In this document: positions 35,733 through 44,318 of the stretch, one piece after another | Layout: every line of letters starts with the position of its first letter | Numbering within the stretch: position 1 is the first letter of the stretch | Source: an uncultured Chloroflexia bacterium | GTDB taxonomy: Bacteria > Chloroflexota > Limnocylindria > Limnocylindrales > CSP1-4 | NCBI GenBank assembly: GCA_963746865.1 | Contig: CAVVDB010000005.1 | Location: 89,437-153,436, forward strand | Length of the DNA: 64,000 bases | Direction of reading: 5' to 3' | Notes under the pieces: generated by a model | The model's database searches: none | What the model was told of the DNA's origin: nothing | What the model saw: only the letters and a program-made list of their open reading frames with translations | Translations under genes and position numbers: made by a program

Positions 35733-36140
35733 TCAGTCGAACATGGGGCGAAGGACCTGGACCGCCACGACCAGGACCAGGTAGGCGATCGGTACCGCGG
35801 CGAAGAACCCGAGGGCGGCACTCCAGGCGTTGCGCCGGGCGACCGTCCCCGACCCGGTCGGCTGGGGCACGACGAGGTAGGTGATCAGGCTCCCGACGAC
35901 GAGCACGAGGACGACATAGACCGTCAGCGCGAGGAGGCGCAGGTCGCCGCCGGGCAACTGGACCCCGCGACTCAGTGCCACGTCGTACGCGAGGTAGAGC
36001 ATCGCCAGGACGACCGCGACGCCCAGACAGGCCGCGACGGCCCGGACGACAGGGCGTGGCGCACGACGGAACTGTCGCCAGCGGATCTCCAGCCAGGAAC
36101 GTCTCGGCGGGGCAGCGGCCGGACCGCGTGGGTCGGTCAT
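35733..36140 (-). CDS. Hypothetical membrane protein (about 3 TM helices)
   Basis: The last 135 aa of track ORF 35733..37088. The ATG at 36140 overlaps the repaired aminotransferase stop (ATGA). Sequence: MTDPRGPAAAPPRRSWLEIRW..AACLGVAVVLAMLYLAY..LLALTVYVVLVLVVGSLITYLVV.. Confidence 0.6.
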   Translation of the reverse strand: MTDPRGPAAAPPRRSWLEIRWRQFRRAPRPVVRAVAACLGVAVVLAMLYLAYDVALSRGVQLPGGDLRLLALTVYVVLVLVVGSLITYLVVPQPTGSGTVARRNAWSAALGFFAAVPIAYLVLVVAVQVLRPMFD

Positions 36141-37377
36141 CCCTCGCCCAGGATCGTCAGGACGCGGCGCGGCGGCAGCGTGTCCGGGGTGTGCGAGGCG
36201 AGCAGTTCGACCGCCTCGGCGACCCGCTCCAGCTCCTCGTCCGTGGTGAAGAAGCCGACGCTGAACCGGATCGCGTCGAGGCTCGGGATCGTCCGGGCGA
36301 TGGTGAAGATCCGCGACCCGAGTTCGTCGAGCGCGGCCTGCGGCGCTCCAGCCGGCGATCCGGACGGTGACCAGCGTCGCCATCGCGTGCTGGGGCGTCA
36401 GGACCGTGACGCCCGGGATCCGCGCCAAGCGCGCCGCGGCGGCCCGCGCCGTCGCCATCCCGCGGCGATGGACGAAGTCGAGCCCGACGTACATCGACAG
36501 CCAGCCGATCGAGCGCGCCATCCCGACGATCGACGGCCGATGGAAGCCGGCGCTGTCGAACCGGCGACCGTCGCCCCACCAGACGGCCTCGTCCGGACCG
36601 GTGAGGCGCTCGAAGTCGTACGAACCCGCCAGCGCCGGGGTCAGGCGCTCGATCGTGGACGCGGTCGCGACAAGCGCCCCCATCCCTTCCGGACCGAGCA
36701 GCCACTTCTGGGCCGGGACCGCATACAGGTCGGCCCCCAGGTCCTCGAAGCGGAACGGGATCGCGCCGGCGGCCTGGGCGCCGTCGATCACGACGAGCGC
36801 GCCGCGCGCGTGCGCCATCTCGGCGATCCTCGCGACGGGCATCACGGCCCCGGTGGTCCACAGGACGTGCGAGATCGAGACGAGCCGCGTGTCGGCGGTG
36901 ATCGCCGCGTCGAACGCAGCCAGCGTTCGGTCGTCGTCGCCGTCATCGCCGGCATCGACCGCGACCAGCTCGACCCCCATCCGGTCGCGCAGGGCGATGA
37001 GCGGGGCGAGCGCCGCCGCATGCTCGTGCGAGGTCGTCACGGCACGCCCGCCGCCGCGCCAGTCCGGGAGCAGGGTGGCTCCGTTCATCCCCTCGGTCGC
37101 CGAATGCGTCAGCCCGACCGAGCGTCACGTCGGTGCCGAGGACGGCCGCGACGCCGGCCCGCGCCTCGGCCATCCGGACCAGGGTCTCCTCGAAGTAGTC
37201 GGGGTGGGCGCGGCCCAGGTCGCGCTCGTAGACCGCCATGTCGGCCATGGCCGCCGCGGTCTCGGCGGGGAGTGGCCCGACCGAGCCGGTGTTGAGGTAG
37301 ATGCCGGCGGCGAGTGCCGGGATCGCCTCCCGGACCGCCGTCAGCTTCTCCGGATCGGGCAGGAACGGGACGACCAC
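36137..37377 (-). pseudogene. Class V aminotransferase / cysteine desulfurase-like, in three frame segments (breaks near 36335-36341 and 37110-37125)
   Basis: Segment 1: VVPFLPDPEKLTAVREAIPALAAGIYLNTGSVGPLP..AAVLGTDVTL. Segment 2: LTHSATEGMNGATLL..VSISHVLWTTGAVMPV..VVIDGAQAAGAIP..DLYAVPAQKWLLGPEGMGAL..VTVRIAGWSAA. Segment 3 (my own translation): ALDELGSRIFTIARTIPSLDAIRFSVGFFTTDEELERVAEAVELLASHTPDTLPPRRVLTILGEG*. The start (GTG 37377) is uncertain. Confidence 0.7.
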
Positions 37378-37383
37378 GGCCGT

Positions 37384-38238
37384 ATGATACCGACGATGAG
37401 TGGCTTGGCCCGACCAGAGATCCTGGCCACCACCGAGTGGCTCGCCGAGAATCTCGGGAAGTTCGGTGTCCGCGTCCTCGACGCCCGATGGCGGCCCGAC
37501 GGGAGCGCCCCATCGGTCCACGCCAACGGCCACATCCCCGGTGCCGCGCTCATCGATTGGCGGGCCGACCTCGTCGACGACGGCGAGAGCGGCGAGGCGA
37601 TCCTGCTGGCAGGCCCCGACCGGATGGCCGCCGTGGCGCTGCGGGCGGGGATCTCCGACGACACCACGGTCGTGGTCTATGACGACACGCAGAGCCTGTT
37701 CGCGGCCCGTGCCTGGTGGAGCCTCCGCGCCTACGGCCTCGATTCGGTCCGGATCCTCGACGGCGGCTATCCCGATTGGGTGGCCGAGGGCCGCGAGGTC
37801 TCGAATGCCAAGGTCCCGCCGGGGACGGCCGGGTTCACCGTCCGCGGCCCGAACCGGACGCGGCTGACGACCTCGGACGTGCGCGGCCTACTCGGCTCGC
37901 CGGACGTCGCCCTGCTCGACGCGCGGGCACCGGCCGAGTTCCGGGGGTTCGAGGGCAACACCAAGCGGCTCGGCCACATCCCGGGCGCCGTCAACGTCCC
38001 GGTCGGCGCCACCAGCCTGGCCGGCGGACAGCGCCTGCGCGATGGGGCGGAGTTGCGCGACATCCTGCATCGGGCCAACGTGACCCGCGGCCGGCGGATG
38101 GTCTGCTATGACGGGTCGGGCGTCGCGGCGGCCAAGCTGGCGTTCGTCCTGACCCTGCTCGGCCACGAGGATGTCGCGGTCTACGACGGCGGCTGGGCCG
38201 AATGGGGCAATCGCCTCGACCTGCCGGTGGAGCGCTGA
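37384..38238 (+). CDS. Thiosulfate/3-mercaptopyruvate sulfurtransferase (tandem rhodanese domains)
   Basis: The real part of track ORF 36367..38238: MIPTMSGLARPEILATTEWLAENL..VLDARW..GHIPGAA.., with a second domain GHIPGAVNVP..MVCYDGSGVAAAKLAFVL..YDGGWAEWG (active-site Cys loop). An alternative ATG exists at 37396. Confidence 0.85.
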   Translation: MIPTMSGLARPEILATTEWLAENLGKFGVRVLDARWRPDGSAPSVHANGHIPGAALIDWRADLVDDGESGEAILLAGPDRMAAVALRAGISDDTTVVVYDDTQSLFAARAWWSLRAYGLDSVRILDGGYPDWVAEGREVSNAKVPPGTAGFTVRGPNRTRLTTSDVRGLLGSPDVALLDARAPAEFRGFEGNTKRLGHIPGAVNVPVGATSLAGGQRLRDGAELRDILHRANVTRGRRMVCYDGSGVAAAKLAFVLTLLGHEDVAVYDGGWAEWGNRLDLPVER

Positions 38239-38242
38239 CGGC

Positions 38243-39949
38243 CTAGGTCGCCGCCTTCTTCGAGCCGGCCGTGATGAGCAGCTCGGCGCCGTGCTGGAGA
38301 CCCTCGTACAGCGCGGTCACGGTCTCCACGGTGTCGATCTCGTCGACCGACTTGTCCGGCCGAAGCCGGGCGATCCGGGGGAACCGGAGCGAGAAGCCCG
38401 ACCCATGTCGCGCCGAGCGAACGATGACGTCGAACGCGATCTCGACGACGACGGTCGGCTCGACCTGGTGGTAGCGGCCGAACCGGGCGATCGTGTGGGC
38501 CTCGAACCAGCGGGTCATCTCGGCGATCTCGGCATCGGTCAGCCCGCTGTACGCCTTGCCGATGTTGACCAGCTTGTCGTGCTCGGTGTCGCGCACGGCA
38601 AAGGTGTAGTCGGACAGGACGCCGTGGCGCTTGCCGTGCCCGACCTCGACGCCGACGACGACGCAATCGATGGTCGCCAGCGCCTTCTTCATCTTGAGCC
38701 AGCCGAGGCCGCGCCGGCCGGGAGCGTAGGTGCTGGCCGGGTCCTTGACCATCAGGCCCTCGTTCCGACGAGCTCGCGCATCGACGAAGGCCGCTTCCAG
38801 GGCGTCGGTATCGGCTGCGGCGACGAGATGGGACCGGGCGAACCGTCCCCCGTCGGCGGCGGGCGGCAGGTCGAGGGCGTCGAGTCGGGCGCGTCGGTCG
38901 GCCAGCGGTGCGCGGAGGAGTGGCTCGACGGCGGCGCCGCCACCGGGTCCGAGCGCCAGTGCATCGAAGGCGACGAAGATGACCGGGACCTCGTCCTGGA
39001 TCGCCTGCGACGGGGCCTTTCGACCGAGCCGGCCCTGGAGCGCGATGAACGGGAGGACCGTGCCTTCACGCCAGGCCAGGATCTCGCCATCGAGGATCCC
39101 GTCCCAGCCGAGCTCCGTGGCCGCGCCGACGATCTCCGGGTAGCCAGTGCTGATGTCGTGGAGGTCACGCGAGTAGAGGCGGACCTCTGTCCCGCGCTTG
39201 TGAAGCTGGCAGCGGATGCCGTCGTACTTGTCCTCGACCCAGACCTCGGGACCGAGGCGGCCGATGATCTCGGCGGCGTCCTCGGCGGGCGAGGCGAGCA
39301 TGAACTTGAGCGGATGGAAGAGGGCGAGCGACGCCGTGGCGAGGGCATCGTCCCGTGCCAGTTCGGCGAGTCGCCCGACGTCGCCGACCAGCATCCCGGC
39401 CCACTTGACGTCGTCCAGCTTCCGGTCGAAGGCGCGGGCGATGGCGGCCTCGACGAGACCCTCGCGCAGACCGATCCGCAGGTCGCCGCCGAGGACCTTG
39501 ACGATGTACTTGGCGGTCAACGGGTCCGCCCGCTCGAGGAGGGTCCGCAGGACAGCCGCCTTGCGGGCGGGACCGGAGGTCGCCTCGATCTCGTCGAACG
39601 CGGCGGCCACCTCGGGGAGGGTCGGACTCGACTCGGGGGGTGGGGCATGACCGGCGGTCCGGAGCACCTCGGCGACCGCGATCCCGAGGTCGGACGAGCG
39701 GTCGTAGGCCTCGCCGAGGGCGGCTCGCGGCACGCCCGCCAGCTCGGTGATGGTCGTGGCGATGGCCGACCAGCCGAGGCCGGCGGCACGTTGATCGGCC
39801 TCGGCGAAGGGCCGGCCGGTCAGGAACACGGCGGCCACCGGCAGGGCGTCCGGGGACAGGTCCCGGAGGTAGTCGGCCAGGAGGGCGGTCTTCTCGGACG
39901 TGCGAGTCGTCGCCGCGAGGCGCTCGGCGAGCTCGCTCCAGCGACGCAT
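38243..39949 (-). CDS. ATP-dependent DNA ligase (LigB-like, with an N-terminal DNA-binding domain)
   Basis: MRRWSELAERLAATTRTSEKTALLADYL.. Adenylation motif I VEDKYDGIRCQLH. Also EGLMVKD and LGWLKMKK. ATG at 39949; the 33-aa track extension was rejected. Confidence 0.9.
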   Translation of the reverse strand: MRRWSELAERLAATTRTSEKTALLADYLRDLSPDALPVAAVFLTGRPFAEADQRAAGLGWSAIATTITELAGVPRAALGEAYDRSSDLGIAVAEVLRTAGHAPPPESSPTLPEVAAAFDEIEATSGPARKAAVLRTLLERADPLTAKYIVKVLGGDLRIGLREGLVEAAIARAFDRKLDDVKWAGMLVGDVGRLAELARDDALATASLALFHPLKFMLASPAEDAAEIIGRLGPEVWVEDKYDGIRCQLHKRGTEVRLYSRDLHDISTGYPEIVGAATELGWDGILDGEILAWREGTVLPFIALQGRLGRKAPSQAIQDEVPVIFVAFDALALGPGGGAAVEPLLRAPLADRRARLDALDLPPAADGGRFARSHLVAAADTDALEAAFVDARARRNEGLMVKDPASTYAPGRRGLGWLKMKKALATIDCVVVGVEVGHGKRHGVLSDYTFAVRDTEHDKLVNIGKAYSGLTDAEIAEMTRWFEAHTIARFGRYHQVEPTVVVEIAFDVIVRSARHGSGFSLRFPRIARLRPDKSVDEIDTVETVTALYEGLQHGAELLITAGSKKAAT

Positions 39950-39974
39950 GGGTCGATGGTATACCGTGCCGGAG

Positions 39975-40640
39975 ATGGTGCAGAAAACGTGGTTCCCGGA
40001 GTCGCTGACGGGCTCGCGCGTCGTCCTGCGCCGGCACGTCCCGGGCAACGTATCCGCGTTCCTGCGCTGGTACGCCGACCCCGAGATCGCCCGGCTGGCA
40101 CGCTACCAGGCGACGCCGATGCGGCCCGAGGAGATCGAGCGGTTCTTCGCCGGCCGGGTCGCCGGACCCGAGTCGCTGGCGATGGCCGTCCACGAGAAGA
40201 CGACCGACCGCTTGGTCGGGACCTGTGCCTTCAGCCAGCTGGACGGCGACAACGGATCGGCCCTGTATCACATCACGATCGGGGAGGCGGACGCCTGGGG
40301 GCACGGCTTCGGGACCGAGGCGACGCGGCTGATGGTCGACCACGCGTTCGGCACGCTCGGACTGCACCGGATCGCGCTCAACGTGTTCGAGTTCAACGAG
40401 CGGGCGATCCGGGCGTACCGACGGGTCGGGTTCCTGGTCGAAGGCCGCTCGCGCGAGTCGATCTGGCGCGACGGGCGGTGGTGGGACGAACTGGCCATGA
40501 GCATCCTCGTGTCCGACTGGAAGGCGGCCCGTCTTGCGGCGGGTCGGGCCGTCGAGGAACCGATCGCGGCGCCGCTGGAGGAGCCGGTCGCGGCGGGGAC
40601 CTCGGACCGGTTGCGGCGAACGCTTGGGCGGTGGCGATGA
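39975..40640 (+). CDS. GNAT N-acetyltransferase (RimJ/RimL-like)
   Basis: MVQKTWFPESLTGSRVVLRRH..WGHGFGTEATRLMVDHAFGTLGLHRIALNVFEFNERAIRAYRRVGF. Confidence 0.8.
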   Translation: MVQKTWFPESLTGSRVVLRRHVPGNVSAFLRWYADPEIARLARYQATPMRPEEIERFFAGRVAGPESLAMAVHEKTTDRLVGTCAFSQLDGDNGSALYHITIGEADAWGHGFGTEATRLMVDHAFGTLGLHRIALNVFEFNERAIRAYRRVGFLVEGRSRESIWRDGRWWDELAMSILVSDWKAARLAAGRAVEEPIAAPLEEPVAAGTSDRLRRTLGRWR

Positions 40641-40915
40641 CGACGACGGGCGTCGCGGCGGACCTCGCCCGGGCCGAGGTGCGCGAGCTGATCGCGGCCA
40701 AGGGCCACACGGTCGACAATGCCCGGGCGGTGGTCGCCCGGCTCGACGCGGCCTTTGCGGCGGGCGACCTTGCGCGGACGGCGTCGATGGACCTCTATCT
40801 CGGCGACCTGATGCGAGCACTCGACCAGGACGACGGCGAGAAGCTCGGCGGCAAGAGCGCCGAGGCCGCACGGTTCATCCTGCGCGCCATCGACCGCGAG
40901 CTGGACCAGGCCTGA
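40637..40915 (+). CDS. Hypothetical small helical protein (92 aa), coupled to the GNAT gene
   Basis: ATGA overlap at 40637-40640. Sequence: MTTTGVAADLARAEVRELIAAKGHTVDNARAVVARLDAAF... This is the terminal part of the spurious 914-aa track ORF. Confidence 0.5.
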   Translation: MTTTGVAADLARAEVRELIAAKGHTVDNARAVVARLDAAFAAGDLARTASMDLYLGDLMRALDQDDGEKLGGKSAEAARFILRAIDRELDQA

Positions 40916-40954
40916 CGAGGGTCATTGCGCCCGCCGCTTGAGTGATCCGACCCC

Positions 40955-40985
40955 TTGACTCTCGGGTAGGCCGAGGGTCCACGAT
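40955..40985 (+). promoter_or_regulatory. Candidate MerR-type promoter: TTGACT, 19-nt spacer, CACGAT, with the inverted repeat CTCGG-N5-CCGAG inside the spacer. The -10 element ends 6 nt before the ATG, suggesting a leaderless transcript.
   Basis: Read directly from the sequence: ttgact ctcgggtaggccgagggtc cacgat gtcgcc ATG(40992). Confidence 0.35.
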
Positions 40986-40991
40986 GTCGCC

Positions 40992-41807
40992 ATGGACGAC
41001 GACCTGCTGACGATCGGGAGATTCGCGAGGCTCGCCGGCTTGAGTGTCGGCGCGCTGCGTCACTACGACGAGCTCGACCTGCTGCGGCCGGCGCGCACAG
41101 ACCCGTCCACCAGCTACCGGCTCTACCGGCGCGACCAGCTCGACACGGCCCGGACGATCGTCCGGCTGCGCGATCTCGAGGTCCCGCTCGAGACGATCCG
41201 GGACCTGCTCGCGACTGACGACCCGGCGGAGCATCGGCGACTCCTACGCGAGCATCGCGCGCGGATCGAGTCGCGGACGTTCCGGCTTCAGCGCGTGCTG
41301 CACATCCTCGGCCAACTCAGTTCGGAGGACCCCGCCGCCATGACCGCCCCGACCGCGCCCACCGAGATCGACCCGACGACCCGTCGCAAGCTCGCCGCCG
41401 ACCTGTTCAACCACACCTGGACCCTGCTCGAAAAGCCGGATCGGACGCCGCTGGAGGACGACGAGATGATCCACAGCGCGCACGCCTCGCGGTTCCACTG
41501 GGGCGAGGTCGGCGAGCCGGTCAATCTGGCCCGCGGCGAGTGGCAGTGCTCGCGCGTCTACGCCGTGCTCGGCCGGGCGGAGCCCGCGCTTTGGCACGCC
41601 CGCCGGTGCGTCGACATCAACGAGGCGAACGGCATCACGGACTGGGACATCGCGTCAGCCTATGAGTCGATGGCGCGGGCCTACCTCGCGGCTGGTGACC
41701 TCGCCGAGATGGCAGCCTGGAAGGCGAAGGCGACCGCGGCCCTTGCCGGGATCGCCGACGGGGACGACCGCGAGGTCATCGAGAGCGACCTCGCGGCACT
41801 CCCCTGA
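40992..41807 (+). CDS. MerR-family transcriptional regulator
   Basis: LLTIGRFARLAGLSVGALRHYDELDLLRPARTDPSTSYRLYRRDQLDTARTIVRLRDLEVPLETI, plus a C-terminal effector-type domain of about 150 aa. Confidence 0.9.
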   Translation: MDDDLLTIGRFARLAGLSVGALRHYDELDLLRPARTDPSTSYRLYRRDQLDTARTIVRLRDLEVPLETIRDLLATDDPAEHRRLLREHRARIESRTFRLQRVLHILGQLSSEDPAAMTAPTAPTEIDPTTRRKLAADLFNHTWTLLEKPDRTPLEDDEMIHSAHASRFHWGEVGEPVNLARGEWQCSRVYAVLGRAEPALWHARRCVDINEANGITDWDIASAYESMARAYLAAGDLAEMAAWKAKATAALAGIADGDDREVIESDLAALP

Positions 41808-41850
41808 TCGGCGAGCCTGGATCCTCGACCTCGTCGAGGCCGTGTCTGCG

Positions 41851-42996
41851 TTACTTGCGGTTGTAGGCCGCGAGACCCTGCCAATCGCCCCGCACGGCGT
41901 AGGACGCCTGGGTCGGCCAGCTGTCGAGACTGGACGGCGGCAGCGCCCCGCCCTGGGCGATGATCTTTCGAAGCTCCGAGGGATCGGTGTGCTGGAGCTC
42001 GTCGTACGTGGTCACGCCTCCGTCGGACAGGATCGAGGCGATCCGTGGCCCGATGCCGTTGAGCTGCGTCAGGTCGTCCGGCGGCGGCGCCTTGGCCGCC
42101 TTCGGCTTTGCGGCTGCGTGTTCCTTGGGCTCCGAGACTCGCTTGTTGTACTTCGCGAGGCCTTGCCAGTCGCCACTCGCGGCCAGGCTGGCCTGCATCG
42201 GCCAGGTCCCCACGTTGGCGGGCGGCGCCATGTCCGCCGAGTGGAGTGCATGGCGGACCTCCGGCTCGTTGGCGTCGGCCAGTGCCGCATACGTCGTGAT
42301 CCCCGCTGCCGCCAGCGCAGCGCTGGCCTTCGGCCCGACGCCGGACAGCTGCGTCAGGTCGTCGGCCGCGGCCGGCGCGGCAGGCGCCGGCGCGGCAGCC
42401 TCGGCGGGCTCGACCTCGTCTGGGACCTCGACTTCGTAATCCTCGACGACCTCGGCTCCCCCGAGCTCCTCGACCGCCGGATCGACGAGGGCCTTGAGCG
42501 CGGCCTCCGTCTTTGCATTCATCGTGCTCTGGATGAGGAGGGCCTTCTCGGCCGCGACAGCCTGCTCGATCATCCCGATGGATGCAGCCCAGTTGCCCTC
42601 ATAGAGGATGAACAGGGCGCTCTTCCCCTTGGTGAGCTCCTTCGTGACCTGCCGCATGAACTTGTCGTCGATCCCGATATCGTGGATGCGGTTTCGCAAC
42701 CCGTTCAGGACACCCGCCGCCGCGCCGCCGACGACCGCGCCGGCCGGGCCGAGGACGATCGCGCCGACGATGACACCGAGCCCGGCACCGCGGACGGCGC
42801 CCTTTGCGCCGCCGAGATCCTTCGTCTGATGCACCTTGACCCGCCCGAACCTCGCCCGGTCGGCGATCGCAGCATCGACGATCTTCACGTTGGGATCGAC
42901 GTCGTCGATCTCCTGGATCCGCTTCAGCAGTCGGCGCGACTGCTTGCCCTTGTCCAGCACGAATACGGCGAGGGTCTGACCATAGTCTTCGCTCAT
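41851..42996 (-). CDS. DUF1269-like membrane/stress protein fused to two tandem helix-hairpin-helix repeat modules
   Basis: 381 aa. The N-terminus carries a Gly-zipper TM region (GAGLGVIVGAIVLGPAGAVVGGAAAG). The C-terminus carries two copies of about 75 aa: DDLTQL(S/N)G(V/I)GP..G(I/V)TTY..L...WP(M/T)QAS..(S/R)GDWQGLA(K/A)YN(K/R). Confidence 0.65.
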   Translation of the reverse strand: MSEDYGQTLAVFVLDKGKQSRRLLKRIQEIDDVDPNVKIVDAAIADRARFGRVKVHQTKDLGGAKGAVRGAGLGVIVGAIVLGPAGAVVGGAAAGVLNGLRNRIHDIGIDDKFMRQVTKELTKGKSALFILYEGNWAASIGMIEQAVAAEKALLIQSTMNAKTEAALKALVDPAVEELGGAEVVEDYEVEVPDEVEPAEAAAPAPAAPAAADDLTQLSGVGPKASAALAAAGITTYAALADANEPEVRHALHSADMAPPANVGTWPMQASLAASGDWQGLAKYNKRVSEPKEHAAAKPKAAKAPPPDDLTQLNGIGPRIASILSDGGVTTYDELQHTDPSELRKIIAQGGALPPSSLDSWPTQASYAVRGDWQGLAAYNRK

Positions 42997-43409
42997 CTAT
43001 CCGATCTCCTCGTAGGTGTGGCTCCTCGAGTCTTGATCATCCGGCGGCATATGCCGGACCGCATCGATGGGTCGGTGTCGGACAGGCCGACGCATGTCGA
43101 TCAAGTCGGGGGCAGAAGTCCCAGGCGTCCGATAAGGCGCCGATCGACGGTGAGTGACCGATGCCCTGGACACCTCCCTCCGTAGGTGCTCGCCGGACGG
43201 TTCCTCCGAGGGCGTGACGGGCCTCACGCAATGTCTCCGGCAGTGCTGAACGATGCTAGTCGTCGGAGACCGGCCGCGCAACCTCGAAGCGGCGTTGCGC
43301 CCTCCCGCATACACTCGGGTCCCCGCGCCAACAACACCCGGAGGCCGAGCCATGTCCGACGTCACAGCTCGGGATCCTGCTCTGGAGTCAGGGCGCCACG
43401 TGGGCGGAG

Positions 43410-44297
43410 ATGCTCGACGCGGCCAAGCGGGTCGACCGCCTCGGCTATGCCCACCTCTGGACGTGGGACCACGTGTACGCGATCTTCGGCGACCCGTACC
43501 AGCCGATCTTCGAGGGCTGGTCGCTCCTCTCGGCCTGGGCTCGCGAGACCGAGCAGACCCGGCTCGGGCTCCTCGTCGGCGCCAACACCTTCCGCAACCC
43601 CGGACTCGTCGCCAAGACCGCCACGACGCTTGACCACGTCAGCGACGGCCGGGCGATCCTCGGCATCGGCGGGGCCTGGATGGAGCTCGAGCACCGGGCC
43701 CACGGCATCGACTTCGGGACCGGCTTCGGGCAGCGGCTCGACTGGCTCGACGAGTCGGTCGGTGCGATGCGTCGCGTGCTCGACGGCGAGTCGGTCACGT
43801 CGGCACCGGGTGGTCGGTATGCGTTCGATGACCTGCGCCAAGCTCCGGCGCCCGTCCAGCCGCACCTTCCGATCATGATCGGTGGCAGCGGCGAGAAGAA
43901 GACCCTGCGGACGGTCGCCCGCTACGCCGACATGTGGAACGGGATGGGCCCGCTCGACGTGATGGCCCACAAGATCGAGGTCCTCCAGGGCCATTGCGAC
44001 GCGGTCGGGCGAGACATCGGCGAGATCGAGTTCACGCTCGGGATGAAGGCCACGATCCGCGACACGGAAGCCGAGGCCGACCGTGTCTGGAAGGCCGCGA
44101 TGGCCGACAACAAGACGCCGCTGTCGAACCTCGAAGGCGACACGACCTTCTGGAACGGCACGCCGGAACAGATCGCCGACCGGCTCCGGCCGTACGTCGA
44201 GCTGGGCTTCCGGACGGTCATCTCCGAGCAGCCCGCGCCCTACGACGTCGAGACGCTCGAACGCTTCATCGGCGAGGTGGTGCCGCTCCTCCGATAG
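43410..44297 (+). CDS. LLM-class (luciferase-like, probably F420-dependent) oxidoreductase. The true start is probably ATG 43352, with a frame break at about 43364.
   Basis: Track ORF of 295 aa: MLDAAKRVDRLGYAHLWTWDH..LLVGANTFRNPGLVAKTATTLDHVSDGRAILGIGGAW. The same frame continues upstream as QLGILLWSQGATWAE without a start codon. An SD-preceded ATG at 43352 is one base out of frame. Confidence 0.8.
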   Translation: MLDAAKRVDRLGYAHLWTWDHVYAIFGDPYQPIFEGWSLLSAWARETEQTRLGLLVGANTFRNPGLVAKTATTLDHVSDGRAILGIGGAWMELEHRAHGIDFGTGFGQRLDWLDESVGAMRRVLDGESVTSAPGGRYAFDDLRQAPAPVQPHLPIMIGGSGEKKTLRTVARYADMWNGMGPLDVMAHKIEVLQGHCDAVGRDIGEIEFTLGMKATIRDTEAEADRVWKAAMADNKTPLSNLEGDTTFWNGTPEQIADRLRPYVELGFRTVISEQPAPYDVETLERFIGEVVPLLR

Positions 44298-44318
44298 GTC
44301 CGGCCAGCCCCGATCGGG

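Noticed and set aside
39975-40915. GNAT acetyltransferase plus a coupled small ORF, considered as a GNAT-type toxin-antitoxin pair
   Set aside because: In known GNAT TA systems, a small RHH antitoxin precedes a toxin of about 170 aa. Here the GNAT is a 221-aa RimJ/L-type enzyme. The small protein follows it and has no RHH or HTH signature.
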